A DNA stretch of 64,000 bases from Nitrosopumilaceae archaeon (GTDB lineage Archaea; Thermoproteota; Nitrososphaeria; Nitrososphaerales; Nitrosopumilaceae): the NCBI GenBank assembly GCA_965214835.1, contig CBDCCK010000002.1:192001-256000 (forward strand), in the 5' to 3' direction. The notes below the pieces were generated by a model. It was not told the origin of the DNA. It did no database searches and saw nothing but the letters and a program-made list of their open reading frames with translations. This document shows, piece after piece, positions 36,993 through 48,177 of this stretch. Position numbers and translations under genes: made by a program. Each line of letters starts with the position of its first letter. The first letter of the stretch is position 1.

Positions 36993-37894
36993 ACTCGTAT
37001 GTGAAACGCAGCGTCTAGTGCGACGGCCATGAAGATTATCGTAAGATATGGTGCCGTTACCTTGTATGCCCTCCATGCAAAGTCAGAGGTGGGGGTTTTT
37101 GTCAGCTTGTAATGATATGCGAGCATCAGTCCCCCGGAGGCTGCGGCAATTACTGCGTATACCAGCCCCATTCCAAAGACATACAGCACCAGCGAGAACG
37201 GCAGCAGGATGATTGTGTTTGCCAGTATGTACCTCGAGGTCTTTTGCATCCCGATTACGACGGGCAGCATGGGGACGTTGGCCTGTGCGTACTCGTCCTT
37301 GATTTTCATTGCAAGGCACCAAAAGTGGGAGGGGGTCCAGACAAAGACCAGGAACCCGACTAGGAATCCAAGCAGATCCAGGGTTCCGGTAGCTGCCGCC
37401 CAGCCGGCCCAAGAGGCCGCGCTTCCGGCTATGCCGCCGACTACGATGTTTGAGGTGTTCAGCCGCTTGAGCCATGCGGTGTACACTATGACATAGGAGA
37501 ATATCCCCAAGGCTATGAAGGATGCAGATGCCGCGTTGATCAGGAGGTACCCGTAGACTACCGAGGCGGCGCTGACGGCGAGTCCGTAGGTTAAGACGCC
37601 GGAGGCAGACATTCGTCCGGACGGAATTGGCCGCCGGCTGGTTCTTTTCATCTTTGGATCAATGTCCCTGTCGTAGTAGTGGTTCAGGGCGCTTGAGCCG
37701 GCAGAGGCCAGTGCGCCGGCAACGATGATGTGGAGGTATGCCCAATAGTCCAGATCTGGAGCGCCCGGAACCAGCCTGCTTGCGCCATACATGGAGGTGA
37801 CGGCGGTGATCACCAGCAGGATGACGATTCGCGGTTTTGATATCTCCAGTATTTCCCTGAGTCCCAATCCTCTTCTTGCCAGTTTGTAGGGCAT
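36989..37894 (-). CDS. ctaB: protoheme IX farnesyltransferase (heme o synthase)
   Basis: KPRI, NHYYDRDIDPKMKRTSRRPIPSG, WTPSHF, DEYAQANVPMLPV. Confidence 0.95.
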   Translation of the reverse strand: MPYKLARRGLGLREILEISKPRIVILLVITAVTSMYGASRLVPGAPDLDYWAYLHIIVAGALASAGSSALNHYYDRDIDPKMKRTSRRPIPSGRMSASGVLTYGLAVSAASVVYGYLLINAASASFIALGIFSYVIVYTAWLKRLNTSNIVVGGIAGSAASWAGWAAATGTLDLLGFLVGFLVFVWTPSHFWCLAMKIKDEYAQANVPMLPVVIGMQKTSRYILANTIILLPFSLVLYVFGMGLVYAVIAAASGGLMLAYHYKLTKTPTSDFAWRAYKVTAPYLTIIFMAVALDAAFHIRV

Positions 37895-38097
37895 TTAATT
37901 TATTCGACAAGTCCGGGGGCCGTCCAATTTTTTCCCACAGGCTGCCCACCTGGCCCCACCTGTGTGTGCAGCCTCGGACGCAAGACGGGACATTTTTGGC
38001 CAACCACACACAAAAGACGGCACGAATGTACATGCGGGCCAGACCTTGCGGCAGTGCTGTGGTCCAACAGTGAAGTTTTGTGGCAATCCATGCCGCA

Positions 38098-38206
38098 GTA
38101 ACGGATCGGGCTCTGGAATCTGTTCCTGATTCCAGGCACGAATCTGCCCGTGAGGGGCCTCCGAGGTGATAAAACTCACGCCTGAACTTCGAGCCCGGCC
38201 TGTTAC
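38098..38206. mobile_element. IS66-type MITE (family A, 109 bp)
   Basis: GTAACGGATCGGGCTCTGGAA...GAGCCCGGCCTGTTAC. Confidence 0.8.
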
Positions 38207-38364
38207 ATTAACAGTTGGAGTTGTTTCAGCAGACAATTTTTTCGTTTGTCTTTTTCTGCAGGAGGATTTTCTAAAATAGAGTTTGTTGCAGTCTTAGATA
38301 AGGCATGAAAAGATTCGTCACGAACTGTTTTAGTAGTTATTCCCACGCTTTCATTTGCACGTTT

Positions 38365-39006
38365 TCAAAAAATGCTGAACAGATGTATTGAATCTTCATG
38401 GATTCGATGTTTTACTGTTACGCCAATACTTGCAACGCTTGCATGAATACTAGCATATACCATAACGCTAGAATCAGGAAATATCTTTATCTTCGTCAAC
38501 GCATACGTCGTCTGGCAAGTCAGACGGAATCCCCAGAGTATCAAGAACCTTGTCAAAAGATTCGCCCAATGTTTCTTTATCTATTTCATGTAGGTTTCTT
38601 TCGTCAGATTCAATAGGATTTGCTTCATTGGCTTTATCTCGTAATCGGCGTGTACGCTCTAAAATTTGATTTACAGTTGCATCATCTGCTTTGCCATGCT
38701 CGGCAATTTGAATAATTTCACCTGCGATAGGAATTACTGCGTGTCCAATGCGATTTGGGGATCATCGTGTCTTATTTTTGCAGTTTTAAATCGTTCAGCC
38801 ATTCTTTCAAGAACTAGTTCCGCATCACGGATTCCTTGATAGAAATATAAGCTGTTTTTGTCAGTAATTGAGAGCCATTTATCTTCAGCATCCAATAATT
38901 TTTGTTTGAATTCATCCAAATCGTCAACTATAGTCTCATCTGCCACCCCGTCATCTTCCATCTTGCTGACTCGGTCAGTAATGTGATCAAACAGCGTAGC
39001 AGACAC
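38365..39006 (-). pseudogene. AT-rich disrupted hypothetical gene
   Basis: Coding-like 90-aa helical N-terminal part followed by stops and frameshifts. Confidence 0.4.
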
Positions 39007-39037
39007 TATGATTCGACCTCCGTTAGGTTTCTCACAT

Positions 39038-39115
39038 TAGGCTTTGCGTAATCGACCCGAATGGGATGGATTTGTTCGTAATAATCCTAGATCTGAACCG
39101 ATTACGCAAAGTCTA
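39038..39115. mobile_element. 78-bp TA-bounded MITE-like inverted repeat
   Basis: TAGGCTTTGCGTAATCG...CGATTACGCAAAGTCTA (16/17). Confidence 0.6.
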
Positions 39116-39345
39116 TTGGGATAGCCAGGATCTGCTGATCAAAGTCATTTTCGGTGCCGTGTGCCCATGATCTACATGGTTAACGGTGTTTTGCAGAAAT
39201 TTTTTGGACGGTCCCTGATCCGCCCATGTCGTGCCGCATCTGAAAGCAGTCGAAAGGTACGGGGTGCATAATCCAAAAAGTAGTCTGTCCCTTATCCGAG
39301 TGTTTTCAAAAGAATTAAGTATATCACCCCAAGAATCAAGCTTAA

Positions 39346-40437
39346 ATGAGCAACTGGGACCTGATGATGCCCGGGATGGGCCTTACGTCAATTGGCTTGG
39401 CAGGCGTGGTTTTGGCATATGCCGAAATTGCCCATACGTTCATAGACGGTCTGCATGCCCTAGCCGGACTGACGATGTTTATCGGCCTGATCATCCTGGC
39501 AGTCGGAATCCTGGATGGCGGGGTGTCGACTAGCAACAGGGCAAAGGCGACGGTCCTAGTTGTCCTGTCAATATCGCTCGGGTTTGGAGCGTGGGCATTT
39601 ACGTACAATACAATCAGCACGTCTGCAACGTTTGCGGGGATTCTGATGGCAATCGCGGCGCCTGCGACAATTATTGCGTACATTTCAGCCAAGCACGTCA
39701 AAGTCGTAAAGCCGGTCTCGATAATCTTCATCCTGGGGTCGGTGGCAGGAATAGCAGCATATGTCGGGTTTGGCCTGGTGGGGCCATCGCCGTATCTGAT
39801 ACCCGAGGAGGCCGAGATTGTAGAGGAGCCCGTCGAGGAGATCCCGGCGGGGCCAGAATACGTAATCAGGATGCTGGAGGGATCAGCAGAGCAGGGAGCC
39901 CCGGACTATGATCCTGACGAGGCGACGGTGCCGCAGGGGCATATCGTTACCTGGATAAACGAGGACTCTGTGGCACATACATCAACAAGCCAGGCAGACT
40001 TTGGAGAGACGTTTGATACGGGTCTGTTGAGCGCAGGTGAGGAGTACAGGCTGGACACGTCGGAGCTGGAGGCCGGGGAATACGAGTACTTTTGCCTCGT
40101 ACACCAATGGATGACCTCAAAGCTGATCATCGAGGATGCCGGAACAGCCGTCGAGGTCTCGATTCCGGAGGGTGCGGCAAATAATGAGCCCGGACAGGAG
40201 GCCTATCTGCCGGAGGTGGTAGAAGTCGAGGCAGGCACGACGGTCAGGTGGATCAACGATGACTCGGTGGCACATACGGTGACGTCTGGAAACACAAAGA
40301 TCGGGAACACGGACCTGTTTGACTCCGGCCTGATGGCACAGGAGGCAGTATTTGAGCATACGTTTACCGAGGCAGGCCAGTATCCTTACTACTGCATACT
40401 GCACCCGCTAATGGAAGGCACGGTAATAGTGAACTAG
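39346..40437 (+). CDS. membrane-anchored blue copper protein with two cupredoxin domains
   Basis: N-terminal TM bundle; NEDSVAHT..CLVHQWM and NDDSVAHT..CILHPLM. Confidence 0.9.
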   Translation: MSNWDLMMPGMGLTSIGLAGVVLAYAEIAHTFIDGLHALAGLTMFIGLIILAVGILDGGVSTSNRAKATVLVVLSISLGFGAWAFTYNTISTSATFAGILMAIAAPATIIAYISAKHVKVVKPVSIIFILGSVAGIAAYVGFGLVGPSPYLIPEEAEIVEEPVEEIPAGPEYVIRMLEGSAEQGAPDYDPDEATVPQGHIVTWINEDSVAHTSTSQADFGETFDTGLLSAGEEYRLDTSELEAGEYEYFCLVHQWMTSKLIIEDAGTAVEVSIPEGAANNEPGQEAYLPEVVEVEAGTTVRWINDDSVAHTVTSGNTKIGNTDLFDSGLMAQEAVFEHTFTEAGQYPYYCILHPLMEGTVIVN

Positions 40438-40440
40438 TCG

Positions 40441-40845
40441 TTGACAGACACAGTAATCCTCACAGAATCCCAAAGGCAGGCCCTGCAGAATCACGCGCAG
40501 CGGCACGAGCCAAACGAGTCATGTGCCATACTTTACGGCAAAAGCGACGGCAGCAAGACGACGGTAGATGGGATTTTCCTCACAGAGAACGTAGACGAGT
40601 CCCCGGCAAACTTTACGATATCTGACGACGAGCTTGTTGCGGCATACAAAAGGGCCGAGCAGGACAACACGCGCGTGGTCGGCATATTCCATTCCCATCC
40701 CAGCTCGGAGGCGTTTCCGTCAATCACAGACAGGCGATTCATGGAGATAAACCCGGTAGTATGGATAATCTATTCGGGAGCCAGCTTGGATTTTCGGGCA
40801 TTTGTGCTAGAAGGCCAAGTCAGGGAGATAAAGATTTCAGGCTAG
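40441..40845 (+). CDS. JAMM/MPN+ metallopeptidase
   Basis: PNESC..IFHSHP..PSITD. Confidence 0.9.
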   Translation: MTDTVILTESQRQALQNHAQRHEPNESCAILYGKSDGSKTTVDGIFLTENVDESPANFTISDDELVAAYKRAEQDNTRVVGIFHSHPSSEAFPSITDRRFMEINPVVWIIYSGASLDFRAFVLEGQVREIKISG

Positions 40846-41228
40846 GCCCTGCCGAAGGCTCCCGTTGCATTTTCGGCATGCCTGAGGACAGACCTGTCAG
40901 GATCGAGAATCCGTCCAATGACGTTTACTGGAGAGTACGGCCTGATCTCCCCCCTGTCCCCTATGGGAGTGGGGCCATAAAACAGACAGATTGCCCTGCC
41001 TGCGGGCCAGTATGCAACGTCGTTTAGCTCTACAAGGGGCCTTGCGTTTTCCTCGCCAATCAAGACCGGGGTGGATCCGGTATAGATCTCATCGCCCCAT
41101 ACGTTCAGGTCGGCGCTAAACGGCAGGCTGTCAACGAGCCTCCGTACCGTTTCAGGCGAGCTGTTGCCATCAAGCTCTAGGGTTATGTCAGGTGCATTTG
41201 GAATCTCCAGTCTGACCAGAGGCTTCAT
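40842..41228 (-). CDS. cyclophilin-like fold protein (DUF369)
   Basis: WGDEIY, DVAYWPAGRAICLFYGPTP, SPVNVIG. Confidence 0.85.
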   Translation of the reverse strand: MKPLVRLEIPNAPDITLELDGNSSPETVRRLVDSLPFSADLNVWGDEIYTGSTPVLIGEENARPLVELNDVAYWPAGRAICLFYGPTPIGDRGEIRPYSPVNVIGRILDPDRSVLRHAENATGAFGRA

Positions 41229-41278
41229 GCATGATGGAGGATCCTAGAATTAAATATCCCTTCCCGTCTATCAGAGGC

Positions 41279-41536
41279 ATGGAAGTTCACGTATACGATA
41301 CGTACGTAAAGGCTCAAGACGGCCATACTATGCACTTTGACGTAATCACAGGCGAAAAGGATCACGACAAGGCAATTCAGTATGCAAAGCAATGGCTGTC
41401 AACAATCGGGGAGGGCGATTCTGCGGTTACGACCGAAGAATGCCAGTTCTGCCACTCCCAGGGGGCCCCCGAGCCGGTCTCCCAGGCAATCGAGAAGGAC
41501 GGATACTTTATCCAAAAAATGGAAGGCTGCCCCTAG
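41279..41536 (+). CDS. DUF2024 family protein
   Basis: YDTYV..MHFDV..ECQFCHS..IQKMEGC. Confidence 0.85.
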   Translation: MEVHVYDTYVKAQDGHTMHFDVITGEKDHDKAIQYAKQWLSTIGEGDSAVTTEECQFCHSQGAPEPVSQAIEKDGYFIQKMEGCP

Positions 41537-41596
41537 AGTCAACCCCCACCCCTTTAATTTTTCAAGGTTTTTTAAGAGACCGGGCAAAGGTCATAC

Positions 41597-41785
41597 ATGG
41601 GGATACAATACTCAAAACTAACCGTGGCAGGGGACAAGAAGACGGAATGGATTTGCGGGTGCTTTCATACCACGGACGGGTTCTTCAAGTTTTGCCAAAG
41701 CCATGACGAGGCGCTAGCCCGGGCCATCAGGTCTCAGATCGACGAGCTGGACATGACACTGGCAGTAGACGACAAGACCGGCTAG
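41597..41785 (+). CDS. small hypothetical protein
   Basis: CGC..FC..H motif; fills the gap between genes. Confidence 0.55.
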   Translation: MGIQYSKLTVAGDKKTEWICGCFHTTDGFFKFCQSHDEALARAIRSQIDELDMTLAVDDKTG

Positions 41786-43827
41786 AGTGCGACGACTGCG
41801 ACGAATGCAGATACGAAGACGATTGCGACCGTGTTTAGCAGCTTGATTACGGTGTTCAATGCGGGTCCTGCAGTATCCTTGTATGGGTCGCCGATAATGT
41901 CACCTACGACTGCAACCTTGTGCTCCTCGGAGCCCTTCTTGCCCTTCATCTCCACGAGCTTCTTTGCATTGTCCCACGCGCCGCCGGTGTTTGCCAGGTG
42001 GTAGGCCAGGAAGATTCCGGTCACTACCGAGCCCATCAGCAGTCCTGCAACCGCGGTCGGCCCGAGCAGGACGCCCAGGATAATCGGGGAAACGATTGCA
42101 ATGATTGCCGACTTCCACAGCTCCTTGATCGATGCGACGGTTGCAATGTCGACGCATTTTGCATAGTCTGGCTTTGATTTTCCGGTCAGGATTTCGGGAT
42201 CCGCCTTGAACTGCCTGCGCACCTCGTCGACCATCTTGCCTGCCGCGCGTGACACGCCGTTGATCAGCTGCCCCGTAATGATAAACGGAATCAGGCCCCC
42301 GACTAGCAGCCCGACGATTACTGCGGGATTGGTCAGGCTGTAGTCTAGATCCAGCAGCCCCTCAAATACGTGTGCTGCCTCAAACTGAAAGGCCTGGATC
42401 ATTGCTAGGGCGGCCAGGGCGGCGCTGGCAATAGCAAACCCCTTGGTGACTGCCTTGGTCGTGTTTCCCACGGCGTCAATCTCATCGGTTACCTTGCGGT
42501 TCTCCTCCCCCATCCCGGTCATCTCGACAATTCCCCCCGCGTTGTCTGCAATGGGTCCGAACGCGTCAATGCTCAACACGATTCCTGCAAGGCTCAGCAT
42601 TGCCATTGCAGTCAGGGATGTTCCAAATATCCCGTACAGTACCGGGTCTGCGCCCTCCGGGGCCGCAGATGCTGAGATGCTAAACGACACTATGATTGCG
42701 ACCACGAGGGCAATCATGAACGGCCCCGTTGACTGCAGTCCCTTGATGATTCCCATCAGGGTAAGCGATGCATAGCCCCACTTTGCAGACTCGGCAATCT
42801 CGTTGACCGGGCCATACTTGTAGTTCGTATACCTGTCGGTGATCTTTTGGATTATCGGTACCAGCGCCACGCCGATAACCGTGGCGCCAAACAGCGCATA
42901 AGCCGAGGTGCCGTCCCCCACAAACTGCTGCGTAAAGAAATAGTTCAGGCCGATGGCAATCCCCGCGGAGACGTAAAACGAGCGGTTAAGCGGACTCATC
43001 ACGTCCGTGACGCCCTTGGAACCCACAATAACGACGCCGATAATTGATGCAATCATTCCAGATGCCCCGATCAGGATCGGATAGAGGAACAGCTCGGGTG
43101 CGCCAATCAGCGCTGCAATCAGCAGGGCGGCCAGTATCGTGACAATGTAGGACTCGTATACGTCAGAGCCCATGCCTGCCGCATCGCCTACGTTGTCACC
43201 CACATTGTCTGCAATGGTTGCGGGGTTTCGCGGGTCGTCTTCGGGAATGTTGGCCTCTACCTTTCCCACCAGGTCTGCGCCCATGTCTGCGGCCTTTGTG
43301 AAGATTCCGCCGCCGATTCTGATAAACAGGGCAATCAGGCTTGCGCCGATTCCAACGCCTGCTATTGTGATCGGATCCGGATAGACGAGATACAGGCCGG
43401 TAATTGCCAGCAGCGCCATGGCGGGGACTGCAAGGCCGACCGTTGCTCCGCCCCGAAAGGCCATGGCAAACGTCCTTCCCAGCCCGGAGCTGCTGAGGTT
43501 GGCGGCCCTTACTGCTGCCTTGACCGTTATCTTGAGTGATATCAGTCCTGCCACTGCAGACAGTGTGGCGCCGACTGCAAACGCAATTCCGTTTGATGGC
43601 TGCAAGAATGCGCCGATAATGACTGACAGCCCGACGGCCACTGGAACGATAATCTTCATCTCCCTCCTCAGAAACGCAGACGCGCCAACCTTGACGGCGT
43701 TTGAGATTTCAAGCATCTCTTTTGTGCCCGGGTCTTGCCTGGCAATCCATGCCACCAGGACTGCGGCAATGACGAAGGAAGCAATACCTGCGCCTATCGG
43801 AAGCGCCTCAGCAAGACCGAACTCCAT
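41782..43827 (-). CDS. hppA: membrane proton-translocating pyrophosphatase (K+-independent type)
   Basis: GGGIFTKAADMGADLVGKVE..EDDPRN, DNVGDNVGD, GNTTKA (Lys determinant), GDPYKDT. Confidence 0.95.
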   Translation of the reverse strand: MEFGLAEALPIGAGIASFVIAAVLVAWIARQDPGTKEMLEISNAVKVGASAFLRREMKIIVPVAVGLSVIIGAFLQPSNGIAFAVGATLSAVAGLISLKITVKAAVRAANLSSSGLGRTFAMAFRGGATVGLAVPAMALLAITGLYLVYPDPITIAGVGIGASLIALFIRIGGGIFTKAADMGADLVGKVEANIPEDDPRNPATIADNVGDNVGDAAGMGSDVYESYIVTILAALLIAALIGAPELFLYPILIGASGMIASIIGVVIVGSKGVTDVMSPLNRSFYVSAGIAIGLNYFFTQQFVGDGTSAYALFGATVIGVALVPIIQKITDRYTNYKYGPVNEIAESAKWGYASLTLMGIIKGLQSTGPFMIALVVAIIVSFSISASAAPEGADPVLYGIFGTSLTAMAMLSLAGIVLSIDAFGPIADNAGGIVEMTGMGEENRKVTDEIDAVGNTTKAVTKGFAIASAALAALAMIQAFQFEAAHVFEGLLDLDYSLTNPAVIVGLLVGGLIPFIITGQLINGVSRAAGKMVDEVRRQFKADPEILTGKSKPDYAKCVDIATVASIKELWKSAIIAIVSPIILGVLLGPTAVAGLLMGSVVTGIFLAYHLANTGGAWDNAKKLVEMKGKKGSEEHKVAVVGDIIGDPYKDTAGPALNTVIKLLNTVAIVFVSAFVAVVAL

Positions 43828-43860
43828 TTCTACAGCTTGCCTTGTGCTGTGAAATATAAA

Positions 43861-44244
43861 TCATTGATGGTTTGGAACAGATGGACCCCGCTTTTTGTAG
43901 GGTGCAAATGTTTTCCCCCCCAGTCCCTGTCTGACCAGCCTGTTGAATCTTCTGCCGTGGGCAAGGTATGGAAACCGCATGTGTACAAGCTCGTGAACTA
44001 TGGTATTTTCAAGGGTCTTCTCGTCGGGGATTTTTCGGACGTTGATGAAGACCAGGTTATGCTGCAGGTAAGAGACCCCGTAGTACTTGTATGCAGACGT
44101 ACGCCTGCCTTCGGTCAGCTCCTTTGGGGCGTCAAGCACCTCCTTGGTGGTCAGCAGCACTTGGGGCTCTGAAATCGAGAAGCGGCCAGAGTAGACCCCT
44201 ATTTTTTCAAGGATTTGCAGGCGGAGATCCGGGTCTAATTTCAC
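43861..44244 (-). CDS. HExxH zinc metallopeptidase-like protein
   Basis: TIVHELVH..H..F. Confidence 0.7.
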   Translation of the reverse strand: MKLDPDLRLQILEKIGVYSGRFSISEPQVLLTTKEVLDAPKELTEGRRTSAYKYYGVSYLQHNLVFINVRKIPDEKTLENTIVHELVHMRFPYLAHGRRFNRLVRQGLGGKTFAPYKKRGPSVPNHQ

Positions 44245-44476
44245 AATACTGTGTATGTGGATTAGTGTATATCCTCACATGTCAAAACATGCTTTGGATT
44301 TGGTTGAATCTGGGTTGTCGCACGGCTCATCAGAATTCCCGAAAACCGTGAGATGCTATCCGAACCAGGCGCGCAGGAGGGGCAAAATGCAGAAAAACGT
44401 GCAGAGCCAGACAGGCGGAATTACGCGACAGTTCCGGTTGAATAGGGGGTCAGAGTTTTAGCGGTGTAATCACAAA

Positions 44477-45001
44477 TCATACAGCCACCGTCTCATCATT
44501 CCCTTGATTCATTGAATCAAGTAGTGTTTGTGTCTTGCGCCTTACCGCCTCATCAACGCGCACGACGACTATGCCCTCGCCGGGCTGTCCGTACAGCACG
44601 ACGGAGCTTTTTGGGGCGTGAATGCATGCGGGAATCACAAGCAGATCCTCCTCTCCCCGAACGGTCAGCCTGACGGGGGCTTTTGACAGAAGCGCCTCCC
44701 TGATTCTAGAGATGCTCTCCTCGGTGATTTCGGCGGGGGGATTGACGCAGGCAACCTCGACGGTTCCAGAAGGCAGGGCAGGTGGATCCCTTGAGAGCCT
44801 CTTTTCCTGGTTGTCGACAATTTGCAGGCTGGGCACTATGCCAAACCCGATTAGCTTTTCAGTCGTCCTGTCGCCCACGGTGATGACATGCGATGCGCCT
44901 ACAATGTATGCAGAAATGGCTGCAGCATCTGCCTGATCATCTGGCACCAGTACGCCTAGCGGGATCTTTAGCTCGTCACGCAGGGCCCGGGGTAGCTTCA
45001 A
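44477..45001 (-). CDS. GTP-dependent dephospho-CoA kinase (DUF359)
   Basis: LKIPLG, TVGD, NPPAEI, GEEDLL, YGQPGEG. Confidence 0.9.
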   Translation of the reverse strand: MKLPRALRDELKIPLGVLVPDDQADAAAISAYIVGASHVITVGDRTTEKLIGFGIVPSLQIVDNQEKRLSRDPPALPSGTVEVACVNPPAEITEESISRIREALLSKAPVRLTVRGEEDLLVIPACIHAPKSSVVLYGQPGEGIVVVRVDEAVRRKTQTLLDSMNQGNDETVAV

Positions 45002-46143
45002 GGGATACCTGTCTGGCCGCTGGGGGCATCTTTGTTTTCTGGTGGCTGCTCGGGGCCTTGGTCGGATCCCTCCTCTACAGCCACCTCCTCTTGCAGTTTT
45101 GCGGCAATGATGCTGCACTGTGCCGCGATGTTTTTGGCAGCAGTCCTAAATGCCTCGGCACTGGGAGAATCAGAGGCGGTAATCATGATGGGCCTTCCCA
45201 GGTCAGAGCCTGACATGATTCCGGAGTTTAGTGGGATCTCGCCCAAGAATGGGATGTTGAATCGCTCGCTGATCTTCTTGGCGCCGCCATCGCCGAAGAC
45301 GTAATGCCGCTCGTCACACTTGGGGCAGATGAAATGACTCATGTTCTCCACCACACCAATGATTGGCACGTTTAGCTTTTCAAACATTCCAATTGCCTTT
45401 GTGGCAACATTGCTTGCGACATCCTGCGGGGTGGTGACCACAAGGATGCCGGTAATTGGAATCGTCTGTGCCAGTGTCAGCGGAATGTCCCCGGTGCCGG
45501 GGGGCAGGTCAACAATAAGATAGTCCAGGTCAGACCAGTTCGTATCCACCAGGAACTGTTTTAAAATACCGGAAATGATCGGGCCCCGGTAGATTGCCGC
45601 CTGATGCTGCTGTTCGGCAAAGAATCCAAATGAAACTACCTTCAGCCCGTTTGACTCGGCGGGCTGCAGCTTGTTGTTGTCAACCTCCATGTACCCGTCC
45701 TTCATGCCAAGCATCAACGGAATGCTGGGCCCATAGATGTCGGCATCAAGCAGCCCGACCTTGGCCCCGGTTTGAGACAGCGCAAGTGCAAGATTCAGCG
45801 ATACGGTGGATTTTCCCACCCCGCCTTTTCCGCTTGCAACACCGATGATGTTTTTTACAGTTGCCATTCCGGTGTCTTCATCCAGCGAGCGGCCTTCCAT
45901 GACTTTGGCAGTCACGTTAAGGTCAAAGCTGTTGACTCCGTCCAGCTCCTCTATTGCCTTTCTTACATCATCCTCGATTTCCACGTTGAACGGGCATGCA
46001 GGAGTGGTCAGCTCTAGAGTAAACTTCAAGTTGCCCTCTGACAGCTCTAGATCCTTGATCATTCCCATCGAAACGATGTCTTTTTTCAAATCAGGATCAA
46101 TGACTGTACTGAGCTTCTCCAAGACCTGATCAATGCCGACCAT
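44998..46143 (-). CDS. mrp: Mrp/NBP35 Fe-S cluster carrier ATPase
   Basis: DUF59 N-domain TTPACP, GKGGVGKS, DLPPGTGD, ENMS..CPKC. Confidence 0.93.
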   Translation of the reverse strand: MVGIDQVLEKLSTVIDPDLKKDIVSMGMIKDLELSEGNLKFTLELTTPACPFNVEIEDDVRKAIEELDGVNSFDLNVTAKVMEGRSLDEDTGMATVKNIIGVASGKGGVGKSTVSLNLALALSQTGAKVGLLDADIYGPSIPLMLGMKDGYMEVDNNKLQPAESNGLKVVSFGFFAEQQHQAAIYRGPIISGILKQFLVDTNWSDLDYLIVDLPPGTGDIPLTLAQTIPITGILVVTTPQDVASNVATKAIGMFEKLNVPIIGVVENMSHFICPKCDERHYVFGDGGAKKISERFNIPFLGEIPLNSGIMSGSDLGRPIMITASDSPSAEAFRTAAKNIAAQCSIIAAKLQEEVAVEEGSDQGPEQPPENKDAPSGQTGIP

Positions 46144-46593
46144 CAACCAAAAAACTGCGCGAACATTATTTATAGCTAGTTTGAAATAGTTTGGCCTAAC
46201 CCTGCCAGCTCATATGCAGGGCGTGCCAGATCTAAATGAATGCCCGGTAGGGGAGAAAACCAGGCAGTCACGCCGCCGAGGACAAAAGGCAGGTGCCAGG
46301 CAGATCCGATGGCCGCAGCTGCACTAGCTGGGACGGCAGACAGACTGTACGCACGCATCGATATGGGGGATTTCAAGAAAAGCCGGGAGCTCCAAGATAT
46401 CCATGCAACATGCCAGAGCACAGGGAGGAGATGCCAACATGCGGGGTGAAGGCAGGCCCTTCTGCCAGAGGCCAGCTCTGCTCGCCAGCTGCCGGGATCC
46501 GGGAATCGAGTGAAGTGTCGGCGGGCCGCCGCCCGATAGCGCTGCAGTGCCTTGCTGGAAAAGATATAACAAAGGCACTCTGACAGTCTTAAC

Positions 46594-48168
46594 GTGAAAA
46601 AACAGACCAAGGGCATCATTTTCACAGTGATTTTTGGCGGCGGGCTGCTGTTTTGGGCAACTGCCGCAAGCATGCCTAACTTGATGCCGGGCGTGGATGA
46701 TGCTGAGTTTACCAGTACGGGAACCCCCGCCGACAACTTCCCCGACAGCCAGCGCGCCCAGTTCTGCGGCAAGGGAGCCGCAAAGTCAAATGCGTATATC
46801 AGCGAGTTTTCCATCCCTACCGAATGTACCCAGCCGCTGGCAATAACCGCTGACTTTAACGGAAACATATGGTTCATGCAGACTAATACCGGCAAGGTTG
46901 CCAAGTTCGACCCCGTTTTGCAGGACTTTACAGAGTACGAGAACCCCGCATGGCCCAGTGGTGCGCGCTCAATGGTGTGGGGCATGGACTATTCTGCAGA
47001 CAACTCCATCTGGTACTCAGACGAGGCCCATGACTCCATATGGCGGTTTTCAATCGATGACGGGCAGTATCAACGATTTGACTTTCCCTCCGAGGGCAAC
47101 TCCCTGCCCCAGAGGCTGGTAGTTGACGGCTCTCAGGTCATAATCAACGACTTTACCGGAAACAAGCTGACAGTAATGGATGCAGGCAGCCACGTTCAGG
47201 AGGTTCCCCCCGTCAGCGTCCCCTCCCCCCACGCGCAGTCATTCACCACCGGGTTTGGCATAGACTCGGGCTCGAACATCTGGTATACGAACTGGGCCCC
47301 CGGCGGCAGTGGCGTCCTGGTAAGGTTTGACTATGACCAGTACTCCGCCGACCTGCCCAACGCCCCCGATGCCGGACTGGAGCTGAACAACTATCGCGAG
47401 GCCTTTTTGCTGCCGCAGGCGACCAGCGTAATCAACGGCGTCGTCGTCGATGGCTCTGACACGGTGTGGCTGGCAGATACGGATACCTCGAACTTTTACA
47501 GCTTTGATCCCCTGACAGAATCGTTTACACAGTATGTGACATCCCCGGTTACCGAAGCCGCGTTTGGAAACCATACCGGCCTGATAAAGTCCACCCCCCT
47601 TTCAAGACCGTACTGGGCCGGACTAGACGAGCAGGGACGGATCATCTTCAACGAGCAGGCTGCCAACCGCATGGGGCTCTTTGATCCTGGCGCGCAGAAG
47701 CTTACAGAATATACAGTTCCCTCCATGAATCCCAGCTGGGCTGACTGCGGCACGGTCGAGGAGTGCGGCATTGCCCAGGTCTTTGATTTTACGACAGTCG
47801 GCGACAAGATCTGGTTCACAGAGTGGGCCGCCAACAACATCGGCGTGCTGGACACTTCTCTTGCGCCCGAGATTGACGTTGAGGTATCAGACGATCAGAT
47901 ATACTACAACCAGGACTCGTCGGTATCCATCTCGGTGACTGCCAGCTCCGACTCGGAGATCACCCCGGTCTCCAACAGCGCATTGGAGGGACTGGTCACC
48001 TTGGTTCCCGACTCTTCCCGAATCAGCCTGCCAGGCGGCTCCGCGGGCGAGGTTTCGTTTGAGATTTCAGTATCCGAGGAGCTCCCCGCAGGCCAGTACA
48101 AGATCCTCGTGGGCGCCCAGGCACCGGACGTTGCAGTGTCCCGATTCTTTACACTGATTATTGGCTGA
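46594..48168 (+). CDS. secreted Vgb-lyase-like beta-propeller protein
   Basis: Signal/TM, repeated G-x-I-W-F/Y blades. Confidence 0.8.
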   Translation: MKKQTKGIIFTVIFGGGLLFWATAASMPNLMPGVDDAEFTSTGTPADNFPDSQRAQFCGKGAAKSNAYISEFSIPTECTQPLAITADFNGNIWFMQTNTGKVAKFDPVLQDFTEYENPAWPSGARSMVWGMDYSADNSIWYSDEAHDSIWRFSIDDGQYQRFDFPSEGNSLPQRLVVDGSQVIINDFTGNKLTVMDAGSHVQEVPPVSVPSPHAQSFTTGFGIDSGSNIWYTNWAPGGSGVLVRFDYDQYSADLPNAPDAGLELNNYREAFLLPQATSVINGVVVDGSDTVWLADTDTSNFYSFDPLTESFTQYVTSPVTEAAFGNHTGLIKSTPLSRPYWAGLDEQGRIIFNEQAANRMGLFDPGAQKLTEYTVPSMNPSWADCGTVEECGIAQVFDFTTVGDKIWFTEWAANNIGVLDTSLAPEIDVEVSDDQIYYNQDSSVSISVTASSDSEITPVSNSALEGLVTLVPDSSRISLPGGSAGEVSFEISVSEELPAGQYKILVGAQAPDVAVSRFFTLIIG

Positions 48169-48177
48169 TCATCCCCA

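Noticed and set aside
46176-46985. 269-aa minus-strand ORF
   Set aside because: Overlaps the Vgb-like gene antisense and intergenic debris; no motifs
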